64,000 nucleotides of DNA from Candidatus Spongiisociaceae bacterium (GCA_965262915.1 OZ253564.1:3104001-3168000); one strand, 5' to 3'; counted from the stretch's first letter, positions 17,607 through 27,732 are shown. Notes: generated by a model from the sequence alone, not told the origin. Program-made: numbers and translations.

Positions 17607-18846
17607 CTACTCGACGTCGTCGGTCAGAGTCCAGATCTGCTTCAGCGGGAGCTCGGTCTGGATCTCCTTCGGAAGACGGTCGTAGCTCTCGGTGATCTTG
17701 CGGATCAGATCGCCCGAGCTCCAGGTGCGAAGGTTGAACCATTGGTCCCGCGCCAGTCTTTGCGCACCCCGGTTGAAGCCGCTCCACGACACGAACAGCG
17801 CCTTATCGGCGCCGAAGTTCCTGGCGGCGTCTAAGCCTGAATCCACCGATGGGGAGCACGCAGCGGACATGGAGATATGGTGGAAATGCCTCCTGATCTG
17901 CGGCGATAGCTATTGGTAAGCATGGTTCGGTCCTGGGAAGAGGAGCAACTTCCTGTGAGTGGTGGATCCCGGAGATCGCCCTGGTCAGGATTGGTTTTCG
18001 GAACATGAATCGGTGGATTCAGGCTAAGAGGTTGCGCACCGTGGGCGCGTCCACGGCCATCTGTCCTGACTTGACCTGGACCGCGATCCTCGGCGCATTC
18101 AAACCGAGTGGCCCTGAGCCAGCCAGCATGTCGACCCCGCCGTCGGGACCGGCCGGGGACCGGTTGGTGATGTAGCCCTCCGCCCTGAGAATCGCCTCAA
18201 CCAATCTCTCCAGCCCATGTCCTTTGAACGTCCGGGCTATGTGGGCCGCGATGCGGTCGGTGGCCAGCTGCTCCATATCCACCGCGCCTTCCTCGTCGAT
18301 GGAGTCCGTGCCGTCCTCGTGAGACACGTCGTCCGAGTGACGGAGTTCTGGATCGCGCCCGGTCCGAGAGAACTCGGCCAGACGGGCGACGGCGTTGTTC
18401 CGCTTGGGCCTGAAGACTGTATGCAGGCCGCCCAACGTGTGGAGAAGATCTTGGCGGAGTGAACTTCGTGGTTGCTCAGTCCGTAGCCAGTCCACGGGGC
18501 GAACGTGACGGCAGCCGTCAGGGTTGTCAGGCCGGAACTCGTATCCGCCCGCGTAACGTCCTACTGCCAGGGTCCTCGTCCTCTTGGCGGGCAGCACCAC
18601 CAGATCGCCGGTGTCGATCTCATGGACGAAGCGGAAGATCTGCCCGGCGTGGTTCGCCAGCCTGTTTCCCTCGGCGTAGCCGGTAGCTGTGAGCATCTCG
18701 CGGACCTGATCGCGTGTCGTGACGGCCGACAAGTCCCCCAGGTCATCCCAATCGATAACGACTACGCCCTTCTCCAAGGCGAAGTCCTCATACTCACCGT
18801 CCTTGCCGGCGCGGACCACCCATGCTCTCATCGTTCGAGCCTCCAT
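17607..18846 (-). pseudogene. Mrr-family restriction endonuclease interrupted by a MITE (348 aa when restored)
   Basis: WVVRAG N-terminus, GPDGGVD...IAVQVKS, C-terminal ALFVSWSGF...LPLKQIW. Removing the element and one TSD restores VRNLLDAARNFG in frame. Confidence 0.88.
17836..18023. mobile_element. 188-bp non-autonomous element (MITE), IS1380-like ends
   Basis: Perfect TIRs CCTGAATCCACCGAT (17836-17850) and ATCGGTGGATTCAGG (18009-18023). TSD CTAAG at 17831-17835 and 18024-18028. Confidence 0.93.
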
Positions 18847-18848
18847 TC

Positions 18849-21548
18849 TCAGTCGTCGGCGTGCCAGGGATCGACGACATCCGCCGGGATGTCGTACCGG
18901 TTGATGGCCGCAGCCACCACCCCCGGGTCCACCATGCCTGAATCTGCCAGATGGGCCAGCACGGCGACGACGATGTGGGGACCGTCTACCTCGAAGAACT
19001 TGCGCAGGGACTCACGGGTGTCGGAACGACCGAATCCGTCGGTACCCAGCGACGTGTAGGGCTGGGGAATCCAGCGAGAAACCTGGTCAGGGACCGCCCG
19101 CATGTAGTCGGTAACCGCCACTACGGGACCTCCCACCCCGGCAAGGCGCTCGGTAACGGCCGGACGGCGGGGGGTCTCGCGTGGATGGAGACGGTTCCAC
19201 CTCTCGGTCGATATAGCGTCGTCCCTGAGGGAGCCGTAGGAGGTTACGCTCCACAATTCGGTCCCCACGTCGTAACGCTCCGCCAATTCGTCCCTGGCCC
19301 ACCGAGCCGCAGCGTGGCTAGGTCCTGAGAAGAGAACGGCAGCTCGATGAGTGGCGTCCTGCGGTGCCTCGGAAAACCGGTACATCCCTTCGACGATGCC
19401 CTGGCGGACCCCTTCGGGCATCTTCGGCTGGGGATAGTTCTCGTTATATATCGTGATGTAGAAGATTATGTCATCGTGGGCGACACACATCCGTCGGAGA
19501 CCGTGTTCGATGATCACCGCCAGTTCGTAGGCGAAAGCGGGGTCGTAACAGACAACACCCGGGTTGGTACCAGCCAGAATCGGGCTGTGGCCGTCCTGGT
19601 GCTGTAAACCCTCTCCCGCCAGCGTCGTCCGCCCGGCGGTCGCTCCCATTAGGAAGCCACGCGCTCGGGCGTCGGCAGCCTGCCAGATCAGGTCGCCGAC
19701 CCTTTGGAACCCGAACATGGAGTAGAAGGTGAAGAACGGAACTGTGGGCACGCCCCTATCCGCATAGGATGTGCCGGCGGCGATGAAGCTGCACATGGAT
19801 CCCGCTTCGGTGATGCCCTCCTCCAAGATCTGCCCGTCCTGTGCCTCCTTGTATGAGAGAAGCATGTCCGCGTCGATCGGCTCGTACTTCTGACCTGCCG
19901 ATGCGTAGATCTTCAACTCACGGAACAGACCGTCCATCCCGAACGTACGGGCCTCATCCGGCACGATCGGGACAAGACGCTCACCGAAGTTCTCATCCCT
20001 GGCCATGCTGCGCAGCATGCGGACGTAAGCCATGGTGGTAGAGGCGGCGAAGGCGCCCGTTCCGGCGTGGAACTCCTCGTATATCGCGGGATCGGGTAGC
20101 GGCGCAGGCCGCCGGATCCGCACGGAACGGCTCGGGAGTGTCCCATGCAGTGCCTTGCGCCGGTCCATCATGTACTGGTACTCGGGTGAGTCCACCGAGA
20201 ACCGGCAATAGGGAAGCTCCCGACCATCCTCGAGCTGCTCGGCCGCAATGTCATCCTGCAGGCTGAGCCGTACCCGCAACTCGTGGAACTGCTCGTTCGA
20301 CATCTTCTTGATCTGGTGCGTCGCATTGCGGCCTTCGATGTCCGGCCCGAGGGTCCAGCCCTTGATGGTCTTGGCGAGGATCACCGTGGGTGCCCCCTCC
20401 TGCTCGGTGGCAGCCTTGTAGGCCGCGTATAGCTTCTTGTAGTCGTGGCCCCCGCGGGGTAGTTTCTCAAGGTGACGGTCCGAGAGGTGAGCGACCATTC
20501 GACGAAGTCGAGGGTCGGGTCCGAAGAACTTCTCCCGTATCTCCGAGCCGGGCGCGACCTGGAGTCGCTGGTACTCACCGTCCACCGTGTTGTTCATGCG
20601 ATGAAGAAGGACGCCGTCCACATCGCGAGCCAGGAGTTCGTCCCAACCCCAACCCCAGATCACCTTGATGACGTTCCAGCCCGCGCCACGGAACACCGCC
20701 TCCAACTCCTGGATGATCTTGCCGTTGCCGCGGACAGGACCGTCTAGACGCTGCAGGTTGCAGTTGACCACCCAGATCAGGTTGTCCAACTGCTCGCGGG
20801 CCGCCAGCGAGATCGAGCCCAGGGTCTCCGGCTCGTCGCACTCGCCGTCACCGAGGAAACACCAAATGCGCGACTCGCTGGTGTCGTCGAGGCGGCGGCT
20901 GTGGAGGTAGCGGTTGAAGCGGGCCTGGTAGATGGAGGCGATCGGTCCGAGCCCCATCGAGACGGTGGGGTACTCCCAGAACTCGGGCATCAAGCGGGGG
21001 TGCGGGTACGATGACAGGCCGCTTCCCGACAGCTCGCGGCGGAAGTGGTCGAGGTTCTCCTCGTCCAAGCGCCGCTCCAGGTACGCCCTGGCATAGATCC
21101 CCGGAGCAGCGTGGCCTTGGATGTATACGTGGTCGCCGGGCGTGCCGTCGGCCTTGCCGCGGAAGAAGTGATTGAATCCGACTTCGTACTGGGCCGCGGA
21201 CGAAGCGAAGGTGGACAGATGCCCGCCTATCCCCTCTGCCGCCTTGTTGGCCTTGACAACCATGACCGCGGCGTTCCACCTGATGAAGCGCCGGATCCTC
21301 TTCTCCAGGTACTCGTCACCGGGGAACCACGCCTGCTCTTCCGCGGGGATCGTGTTGACATACGGGGTGGAAACGGAAGCCGGATAGCCGACCTGGAGCT
21401 GCCTGGCTCGTTCCAGCATGGCCCGCATGAGGAAACGGGCGCGCGTCTTCCCGCGTTCGTTAACGACCGACTCCAGCGAGTCGAGCCATTCCTGGGTTTC
21501 CTCCGGATCGATGTCGGGAAGTTGGTGGAAGAACCCGTCGATCATCAA
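18849..21548 (-). CDS. aceE: Pyruvate dehydrogenase E1 component, homodimeric type
   Basis: DIDPEETQEWLDSL, GGHLSTFAS, SSYPHP, GDGECDEPE, NCNLQRLDGPVRGN, GEGLQHQDG. Confidence 0.97.
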   Translation of the reverse strand: MMIDGFFHQLPDIDPEETQEWLDSLESVVNERGKTRARFLMRAMLERARQLQVGYPASVSTPYVNTIPAEEQAWFPGDEYLEKRIRRFIRWNAAVMVVKANKAAEGIGGHLSTFASSAAQYEVGFNHFFRGKADGTPGDHVYIQGHAAPGIYARAYLERRLDEENLDHFRRELSGSGLSSYPHPRLMPEFWEYPTVSMGLGPIASIYQARFNRYLHSRRLDDTSESRIWCFLGDGECDEPETLGSISLAAREQLDNLIWVVNCNLQRLDGPVRGNGKIIQELEAVFRGAGWNVIKVIWGWGWDELLARDVDGVLLHRMNNTVDGEYQRLQVAPGSEIREKFFGPDPRLRRMVAHLSDRHLEKLPRGGHDYKKLYAAYKAATEQEGAPTVILAKTIKGWTLGPDIEGRNATHQIKKMSNEQFHELRVRLSLQDDIAAEQLEDGRELPYCRFSVDSPEYQYMMDRRKALHGTLPSRSVRIRRPAPLPDPAIYEEFHAGTGAFAASTTMAYVRMLRSMARDENFGERLVPIVPDEARTFGMDGLFRELKIYASAGQKYEPIDADMLLSYKEAQDGQILEEGITEAGSMCSFIAAGTSYADRGVPTVPFFTFYSMFGFQRVGDLIWQAADARARGFLMGATAGRTTLAGEGLQHQDGHSPILAGTNPGVVCYDPAFAYELAVIIEHGLRRMCVAHDDIIFYITIYNENYPQPKMPEGVRQGIVEGMYRFSEAPQDATHRAAVLFSGPSHAAARWARDELAERYDVGTELWSVTSYGSLRDDAISTERWNRLHPRETPRRPAVTERLAGVGGPVVAVTDYMRAVPDQVSRWIPQPYTSLGTDGFGRSDTRESLRKFFEVDGPHIVVAVLAHLADSGMVDPGVVAAAINRYDIPADVVDPWHADD

Positions 21549-21749
21549 TGCAGCGACCCTCCTGCCATTGTGCCTAGAACCTACTCTATCGCCTCCGCGT
21601 GACAGTGACGCACCGTTATGAGACAGGGAGGGTCGTGAAATCAGCCCTACGTGTTTCGGGTGTCGGCCAGGTGTGTCTCATGGCGCCGCTCTGGCTTGAT
21701 CAGGCATTTGAGGGGCCAATCCGACTCCGGTCCGCCCTGAGTCGACGGC

Positions 21750-22340
21750 TCAGCGCAGCCCGAGTGGCGGGTACCGGTCGGTGAGCAGGTTCGCATAAGC
21801 CAACGTCTGGACGTGGAAGCGATTGACGCCGACTATGAGGTTGAGCATCCCGATAGGCCAACGGCCCATTAGGAGCACGGCAAAGAGTCCGATGAATTCA
21901 ACGACACCAGCCACGACGTTCCACACGACCCACATGACCGCTACGGGAATCAGCAGGATGGGGCGGAAGAACACACTGGCCCTGCTCCGATTTTCTAACT
22001 CGGGATGGAAGTTGACAACCACCTCCGGGTCGCCACCGTTGTCGGCTGCGGTGGCATCAAAGTCGAACGGCGGGTAGGAGTTCCGTAGAAAGCTGGCGAA
22101 CGTCGCGACCCGGATGTTGTATCGGATCAGCATGCAGTTGAAGTTGGCCAGCCCCTCCGGTAGCCGGCCAGTGAATACGATAGCGATCCAAGAAAAGACG
22201 GTGACTACCGAGTCGATGGCTCCGACCACCGACAACACGATAAGGTGTGGAATCGACAATATGGCATTCCCGATGACCCGCCAGCGGTTGACCTTCTCTG
22301 GTGCGTTGAACTCGAACGTGGCTGGATAACCCAAGAACAC
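21750..22340 (-). CDS. DUF4389 membrane protein
   Basis: Two internal repeats ending RVATFASFLRNSYPPF and AYANLLTDRYPP. Confidence 0.82.
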   Translation of the reverse strand: MFLGYPATFEFNAPEKVNRWRVIGNAILSIPHLIVLSVVGAIDSVVTVFSWIAIVFTGRLPEGLANFNCMLIRYNIRVATFASFLRNSYPPFDFDATAADNGGDPEVVVNFHPELENRSRASVFFRPILLIPVAVMWVVWNVVAGVVEFIGLFAVLLMGRWPIGMLNLIVGVNRFHVQTLAYANLLTDRYPPLGLR

Positions 22341-22526
22341 TCTCCCTAGATTGCTCTTGTAGTGTACCAGAACTACGTAGCACGGTTGGGAAGGGTGGGA
22401 TTCTGCGATCCGGTACTAAACGGCTCCACCGAAGACGAGTGCAGCACCAAGAACGCCACCAATCGGAACCCGATGCAGAAGGGTAATCGGCCGACCTGAC
22501 GAGATCGGGTCGGGAGCAGGTAGCCT

Positions 22527-23702
22527 ATGGGGGTGAGCGTTTGGTGCCTGGATCCGTCCGTCAGCCACCTCAACCACGGGTCGTTCGGCGCCACGCCCGC
22601 GACCGTCCTCGAAGCCCAGCAGAGGTGGCGCGACCGTCTTGAGTCCAACCCGACTCGATTCATGCTGGAGCAATACCAGCCGGCTCTAGACCGGGCTCGA
22701 CACCAGGTGGCCGCCTTCGTAGGAGCCGAGCCGGCCGGGCTCGTGTTCGTCAACAACGCGACAACGGGAGTAAACGCGGTTCTTCGGTCCCTGGAGGCGA
22801 CCCTGCGACGGGGCGACGAGATCGTGATCACCGACCACGGCTACAACGCCTGCCGGAACGCCGCTGCGGTCACCGCGGCCCGTACCGGCGCCCGGGTGGT
22901 TCTCGCAGCCGTCCCGTTCCCGGTCGATGGGCCCGACGCCGTGATCGAGAGCATCATGGAGGCGGTCACCGGCCGGACCCGCCTGCTGCTGATCGACTCG
23001 GTTACCTCGCCCACCGCGCTCGTCCTCCCGGTCACCGAACTGGTAGCCGCCCTCGAACCCGACATAGCGGTGCTGGTAGACGCCGCCCACGCCCCCGGGA
23101 TGATCGACTTCGATGCCTCCGCGATCGGCGCTTCCTACATCACGGCGAACTGCCACAAGTGGATGTGCGCCCCCAAGGGCTCGGCGTTTCTCTACGTGCG
23201 GGAGGATCGCCGGAGCCGGATCTACCCGGCCGTGATCAGCCACGGATACAACGGCGCCTGGCCCGCGGAGGGAGGACACCTCCATACCCAGTTCGACTGG
23301 ACCGGCACCGACGATCCCACCGCGTGGCTGGCTGTTCCGGACGCTCTCGACGCGGTGGGCGCGCTCCGGCCGGATGGTTGGGAAGGTGTACGGCGCACCA
23401 ACCGGGAACTCTGCCTGGCCGGGAGGGACATCCTCGTAGATTCGCTCGGCATCGAGGCGCCTGCCCCCGACGAGATGATCGGGTCGATCGCCTCGGTGCC
23501 GCTCCCCGACTCGTCCGTACAGGACGCAAATATCTTCGACTCCCTGATGGTGGCGTTGCGGTGCAATTGGTCCATCGAAGCGATGGTCTTCAACTGGCCC
23601 CGGCCGCCCCGCCGCCTGCTTCGCATATCGGCCCAGCAGTACAACCGGATCGAGGAGTTCCATCGTCTCGCCGAGGCGGTCGCGACCGAACTGTCGGCCT
23701 GA
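22527..23702 (+). CDS. Class V PLP enzyme (isopenicillin N epimerase / cysteine desulfhydrase-like)
   Basis: HLNHGSFGA, VNNATTG, VDAAHAPG, NCHKWMCAPKG, WTGTDD. Start may be GTG 22533. Confidence 0.88.
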   Translation: MGVSVWCLDPSVSHLNHGSFGATPATVLEAQQRWRDRLESNPTRFMLEQYQPALDRARHQVAAFVGAEPAGLVFVNNATTGVNAVLRSLEATLRRGDEIVITDHGYNACRNAAAVTAARTGARVVLAAVPFPVDGPDAVIESIMEAVTGRTRLLLIDSVTSPTALVLPVTELVAALEPDIAVLVDAAHAPGMIDFDASAIGASYITANCHKWMCAPKGSAFLYVREDRRSRIYPAVISHGYNGAWPAEGGHLHTQFDWTGTDDPTAWLAVPDALDAVGALRPDGWEGVRRTNRELCLAGRDILVDSLGIEAPAPDEMIGSIASVPLPDSSVQDANIFDSLMVALRCNWSIEAMVFNWPRPPRRLLRISAQQYNRIEEFHRLAEAVATELSA

Positions 23703-23916
23703 CAGGCGCCCACCGGACCGGACGGTGGGCGACGGTGGCGCGTCCACGATACGCACCTCGGCACTCTCGAAGGCCCGAGTTGATTCTTCCGTCCACCGTC
23801 GAGCCATTCGAGGCCTCGAACCTCTCCCGCCCGTGCCCCCGGGACGAGATCGGGCAGTCCAAGGTATCGGTATAGGGGCCGACGTCGGGGTGGGCGACGC
23901 AGCGAAGGACCGGCGC

Positions 23917-24762
23917 TCAGCGTATGCCTATGAAGAGGTCGTCCTCGCGGAAGGGAACGTGAACCCGCGAATACAGGCGCTGGAAGGCCTCCGTACCGAG
24001 CGCGCTGGGCATATCGTCCTCGGGCACCTGGAGCATGAACCAGTCTTCGGGGATCTGGGAACGATGGGCTCGCAGGGCCTCCACCTTGAGATCCACCCAG
24101 TCGGTCACATCGACCAAAGCAGTTATGTCCCCGTCCGGGGTACCCCAACCTTCCGACTCCTTCGCCTCCTCTTCAGTGATCAGACCGGCCCGGCGCCGGG
24201 CAGCGGTCATGACTGCCACCCTCGATCGGGGCCAGGTACTCATGTAGAGTTTTCTCACCCGCCAGGGCTCCTCGTCCTCCTCGAGCGGAAAGCGCCTAAC
24301 GTCGTCGGTACCGAAGTAGGCGGCCAACCCGACCCGGTGGACCTGGATATGGTCCGGATGCCCGTAACCCCCGAACGGGTCGTAGATGGTGAGCACCTCC
24401 GGGGTGTACCGACGGATGAGATGCACCAACCGGGCAGTCGCGTCCATGAAGTCGGCCTGCCAGAAGGACCCCGGATGGCGGTTGGGATCGGTCCCCATCA
24501 TTCCGGAGTCGCGGTATCCCAGGAAGTGGTGGTTGGGTACACCGAGGATGGCCAGGGCCTTGGCGATCTCCTCCGCCCTCAACTCCACCAACCGGGGGCG
24601 GAGTTCGTCCGGGTTTTCGTAGTTGTGGATCTCTCCCTCCGCCCCGTCGGTAGCGGTGACCACCGCCACCTGCTCGCCCGACTGCGAGTACTTGGCGAGC
24701 ACACCCCCGGTCGACGTGACTTCGTCGTCGGGATGGGCATGGAAGGCAAGCAGTCCGGGCAT
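23917..24762 (-). CDS. PIG-L family deacetylase (MshB/Mca-like)
   Basis: HAHPDDE, LGYRDSGM, YDPFGGYGHPDH, ALRAHRSQ. Confidence 0.88.
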   Translation of the reverse strand: MPGLLAFHAHPDDEVTSTGGVLAKYSQSGEQVAVVTATDGAEGEIHNYENPDELRPRLVELRAEEIAKALAILGVPNHHFLGYRDSGMMGTDPNRHPGSFWQADFMDATARLVHLIRRYTPEVLTIYDPFGGYGHPDHIQVHRVGLAAYFGTDDVRRFPLEEDEEPWRVRKLYMSTWPRSRVAVMTAARRRAGLITEEEAKESEGWGTPDGDITALVDVTDWVDLKVEALRAHRSQIPEDWFMLQVPEDDMPSALGTEAFQRLYSRVHVPFREDDLFIGIR

Positions 24763-24885
24763 AGGTTCTCCGGTGAGGGGTCAGCGATTTCGATGCGTCA
24801 GGATAGAGGGAAGGAAACAGATCCCGGTCACGTGCGATCCGGCGAGGCCGTTCGAAGGAGAGATTCGACGCTCGGCGGGAGGGAC

Positions 24886-25893
24886 TCATCCCCCGATGTA
24901 GCTCATCTCGACTTTCGGAAGAGCTACCGTGGCCTCCGAGCGGATCTCCGAATAACGGTCTGTCCTTGCCTCCCAGATCCGCTGCACGGCTCGCACGATC
25001 TGCTCCTCGTCTGCCCCGGCCCTCAGCAGCGTGCGCAGGTCGGTGCCGTCGGTGGCGAACAGGCAGGTGTAGAGCATCCCCTCGGCGGAGATGCGAGCCC
25101 TCGTGCACGTAGCGCAGAACGGCTGGGTGACCGAGGCTATAAACCCGATCTCCCCCCGGCCGTCCACGTACTGCCAGCGCCTGGCCACCTCCCCCCGGTA
25201 GTTGGGCACCACCGGCCGGATCGGGAACACGGCGTCGATGGCTCGTATCAACTCGGCAGCCGGTACCACGTCGTCCAGACACCACCCGTTGGTGGCTCCC
25301 ACGTCCATGTACTCGATGAAACGCAGTATGTGACCGGTCCCGCGGAAGTAACCGGCCATGTCGACCGCACCGTGATCGTTGACCCCGCGCTTGACGACGG
25401 CGTTGACCTTGACCGGCAACCCGGCCGCCGCGGCCACCTCGATCCCTTCGATCACCGCTCCCACCGGAAATCCGACATCGTTCATCGCCTGGAACACATC
25501 GTCATCGATGGAGTCGAGGGAGACGGTGATCCGGGCCAACCCCGCGGATGCCAGGGCGGCGGCCTTGCGCGCCAGCAGCGATCCGTTGGTGGTGAGGGTG
25601 ACCTCGCATCCGGTCGCCTCCACGAGCATGGCGACCAGATCCTCGATGCCTTTCCGCAGTAGCGGCTCGCCTCCCGTGAGCCTGATCTTCTGCACGCCCA
25701 ACTGCTGGAAAGCCCTGGCCAGCGTGGTCAACTCCTCGAAGCTGAGGAGCAGATTGCGCCTGAGAAAGACGTAGTCGCGGTTGAATATCTCCGCAGGCAT
25801 GCAGTAGCGGCACCGGAAGTTGCACCGGTCGGTTACGGACAGCCGCAGATCTCGGAGGTAACGCCCTCGGGTGTCGACGACCACGGACTTCAT
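24886..25893 (-). CDS. moaA: GTP 3',8-cyclase
   Basis: LRLSVTDRCNFRCRYCMP, LTGGEPLLR, FCATCTRAR...CLF, terminal MSYIGG. Confidence 0.97.
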   Translation of the reverse strand: MKSVVVDTRGRYLRDLRLSVTDRCNFRCRYCMPAEIFNRDYVFLRRNLLLSFEELTTLARAFQQLGVQKIRLTGGEPLLRKGIEDLVAMLVEATGCEVTLTTNGSLLARKAAALASAGLARITVSLDSIDDDVFQAMNDVGFPVGAVIEGIEVAAAAGLPVKVNAVVKRGVNDHGAVDMAGYFRGTGHILRFIEYMDVGATNGWCLDDVVPAAELIRAIDAVFPIRPVVPNYRGEVARRWQYVDGRGEIGFIASVTQPFCATCTRARISAEGMLYTCLFATDGTDLRTLLRAGADEEQIVRAVQRIWEARTDRYSEIRSEATVALPKVEMSYIGG

Positions 25894-26095
25894 GGCCATA
25901 GACTACCGCTCTTCCGCACCGAGCAGTACGAGCAGCAGACCTGCCCGTAGTGCTCGCTACCACTTGATCATTACATAGTACTGATCTATCTTATCCAATG
26001 TGGACATGATCAACCATAGCAAACAACGCATAGACACTGGCGGTCTCGAAGTATCTATCGGCTGCCCGGTGGGTGGGCACCCGCCCGAACCCGGT

Positions 26096-26521
26096 ATGAG
26101 CGTGGGTGGGGGTCTGCTCCGCCGGTGGCCATCGGCCCGCCGTCGGGACGCGGGGCGTGAGAGGGGATCCGCTACGGTCGAGGTGCTGATGGCGATGGGA
26201 ACCGCGCTGGCACTCACCGTCCTTCTGGTCAACGCCCTCCTCATGCTCTATGCCAGATCCGTCATCCAGCACGCTGCCGATGTCGGGGCCCGGAGCGCCG
26301 CCCGATCCGGAGGCAGCGCATCTGTCTGCGAGACCCTCATCACCGCTACCATCGGGGATCTCGCCAGTCTCTACCGCGACGACACCGCGGTGCAGTGCTC
26401 GAGGGGCGCGACGACCACTACGGCCACGGTCTCCGCAGACCTCGATCCGGTGTTCCCCGACCTCGGACCGGGATGGAGCTTCACCATCCGGGCCACGACC
26501 GCGACCGAGCCGGCACCTTGA
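26096..26521 (+). CDS. TadE/TadG-like pseudopilin
   Basis: ERG/SATVE prepilin motif, hydrophobic helix, AADVGARSAA. Confidence 0.75.
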   Translation: MSVGGGLLRRWPSARRRDAGRERGSATVEVLMAMGTALALTVLLVNALLMLYARSVIQHAADVGARSAARSGGSASVCETLITATIGDLASLYRDDTAVQCSRGATTTTATVSADLDPVFPDLGPGWSFTIRATTATEPAP

Positions 26522-26958
26522 CGCGCCGCACGCTTCGGTCTGTTCGCCGGAGCCAACGGGGCGCCGCAGCGGTGGAACTGGTTCTGGTAGCGGCATTCAT
26601 ACTGATCCCGTTCGCAATGCTGATGCTCGGGCTGCCCATCCTGGTGGAATACCGATCGATGGGGGACGCCGCAGCCCGGGAGGCGGTGCGGGCCTGCGCG
26701 AATGCATACAATCCGTCCACCGGGCAGCAGCGCGCCCACGACATCGCTCACCAGATCCTGGACGAGCGAGGCATCGCAGCGGAAGGCGCCTCCGTCTCGG
26801 TCGACTGCCTGCGCGCCTGGGAACCCGGCGGCGTGGTCACCGCAACGGTCTCTTTCGATGTGCCAGTGCTGGAAGTGGTCGGAATCGGGGATTTCGGTTC
26901 TGTGACCATCGAACGGACCTACTGGGAACAGATCGAGCCCTACCGCAGCGCGCCGTGA
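26518..26958 (+). CDS. TadE-like pseudopilin
   Basis: TTGA overlap; QRG/AAAVELVL, AAAREAVRA, C-terminal IEPYRS. Confidence 0.8.
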   Translation: MTRRTLRSVRRSQRGAAAVELVLVAAFILIPFAMLMLGLPILVEYRSMGDAAAREAVRACANAYNPSTGQQRAHDIAHQILDERGIAAEGASVSVDCLRAWEPGGVVTATVSFDVPVLEVVGIGDFGSVTIERTYWEQIEPYRSAP

Positions 26959-27398
26959 AGCGGCCGGCCGGCAACCGGAGTCCGTTCGGGGACGACCGAG
27001 GGACGGTCGTCCTGTGGAGCCTCGGCCTGCTACTGCTGCTCTTCTTCTCGGGCGGCCTGGCCTTGGATCTGTGGCGGGTCCTCTCGCATCACGGAACCCT
27101 CACCGGCATCGCCGACAAGGCGGCGGTGGCGGGCGCGGCTGAGATAGATGTGAACGCCCTTTACTCGAACCGGCTCGTGCTCGTGCCTGGCAGAGCAGTG
27201 GGCGCGGCCGAGGCTTTCGCCCGCGCCCAGCCGGGGTGGGAGGGTGGTTCGATGACCGTCCGGGCTTCGGCCGGCCCAAGGGACGTCTCGGTGGAGTTGA
27301 CCGGTACCGTGGAACTCACGCTGCTCAGAATGTTCGTTCCTCCCCAGGGTCTCCTCGTCACGGTCTACAGCCGGGCCTCGCCGATCCTGTTCGAGTAG
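26955..27398 (+). CDS. TadG-like pilus assembly protein
   Basis: GTGA overlap; DDRG/TVVLW, GLALD, ADKAAVAGA. Confidence 0.78.
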   Translation: MKRPAGNRSPFGDDRGTVVLWSLGLLLLLFFSGGLALDLWRVLSHHGTLTGIADKAAVAGAAEIDVNALYSNRLVLVPGRAVGAAEAFARAQPGWEGGSMTVRASAGPRDVSVELTGTVELTLLRMFVPPQGLLVTVYSRASPILFE

Positions 27399-27542
27399 CG
27401 GGTCGAGATCCGGTTATGCCGGCTGGCGCTATCACGCGCAAAGCGCCGTAGGCAGAGGAGCGAGGGACCCACTCCTTCGACGGCGGGGTGATCTCCCGAC
27501 GGGAGATCAGCAACGGTGGAATGATGTCCCGTTCGAGACCGC
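27398..27542 (+). ncRNA. Candidate structured RNA, rod-shaped with central bulge (6S-like architecture)
   Basis: Nested helices GCGG/CCGC, UCGA/UCGA, GUUAU/AUGAU, GCCG/CGGU, GCUGG/UCAGC, AUCAC/GUGAU, CGCCGU/ACGGCG, GAGGAG/CUCCUU. G-U pairs favour the + strand. Confidence 0.45.
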
Positions 27543-27732
27543 CCCGATGTTTGGTACGTCCATCGCGCAATGCGACTGTGACAGGATCAACCCCCACAAG
27601 ACCCGGTCTTCCCGGTACGGCCTCGCTCCGGCCGCGCATCTTCTCTCAATGAGCCCCAACGCTCCCGCAGGGGTGGCACGGAGGGGCACGCCTATCATCG
27701 GTCGAGCACGAACGGCGCGGGAGGTCCCGTCA

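Noticed and set aside
21614-21685. Imperfect inverted repeat (ATGAGACA / TGTCTCAT core) upstream of aceE
   Set aside because: Single copy, no TSD, too short to distinguish from chance.
23725-25662. 645-aa plus-strand ORF
   Set aside because: Antisense shadow of the PIG-L gene and moaA.
27405-27600. c-di-AMP (ydaO) or TPP riboswitch
   Set aside because: GAGGGACCCA/GGGGTGA and GATCCGGTTATGCCGGC resemble parts of these motifs, but the ydaO 3' core (CCCGAACCCG.CAGCTAAC) and TPP CTGAGA/ACCTGA elements are absent, and the downstream gene does not fit.
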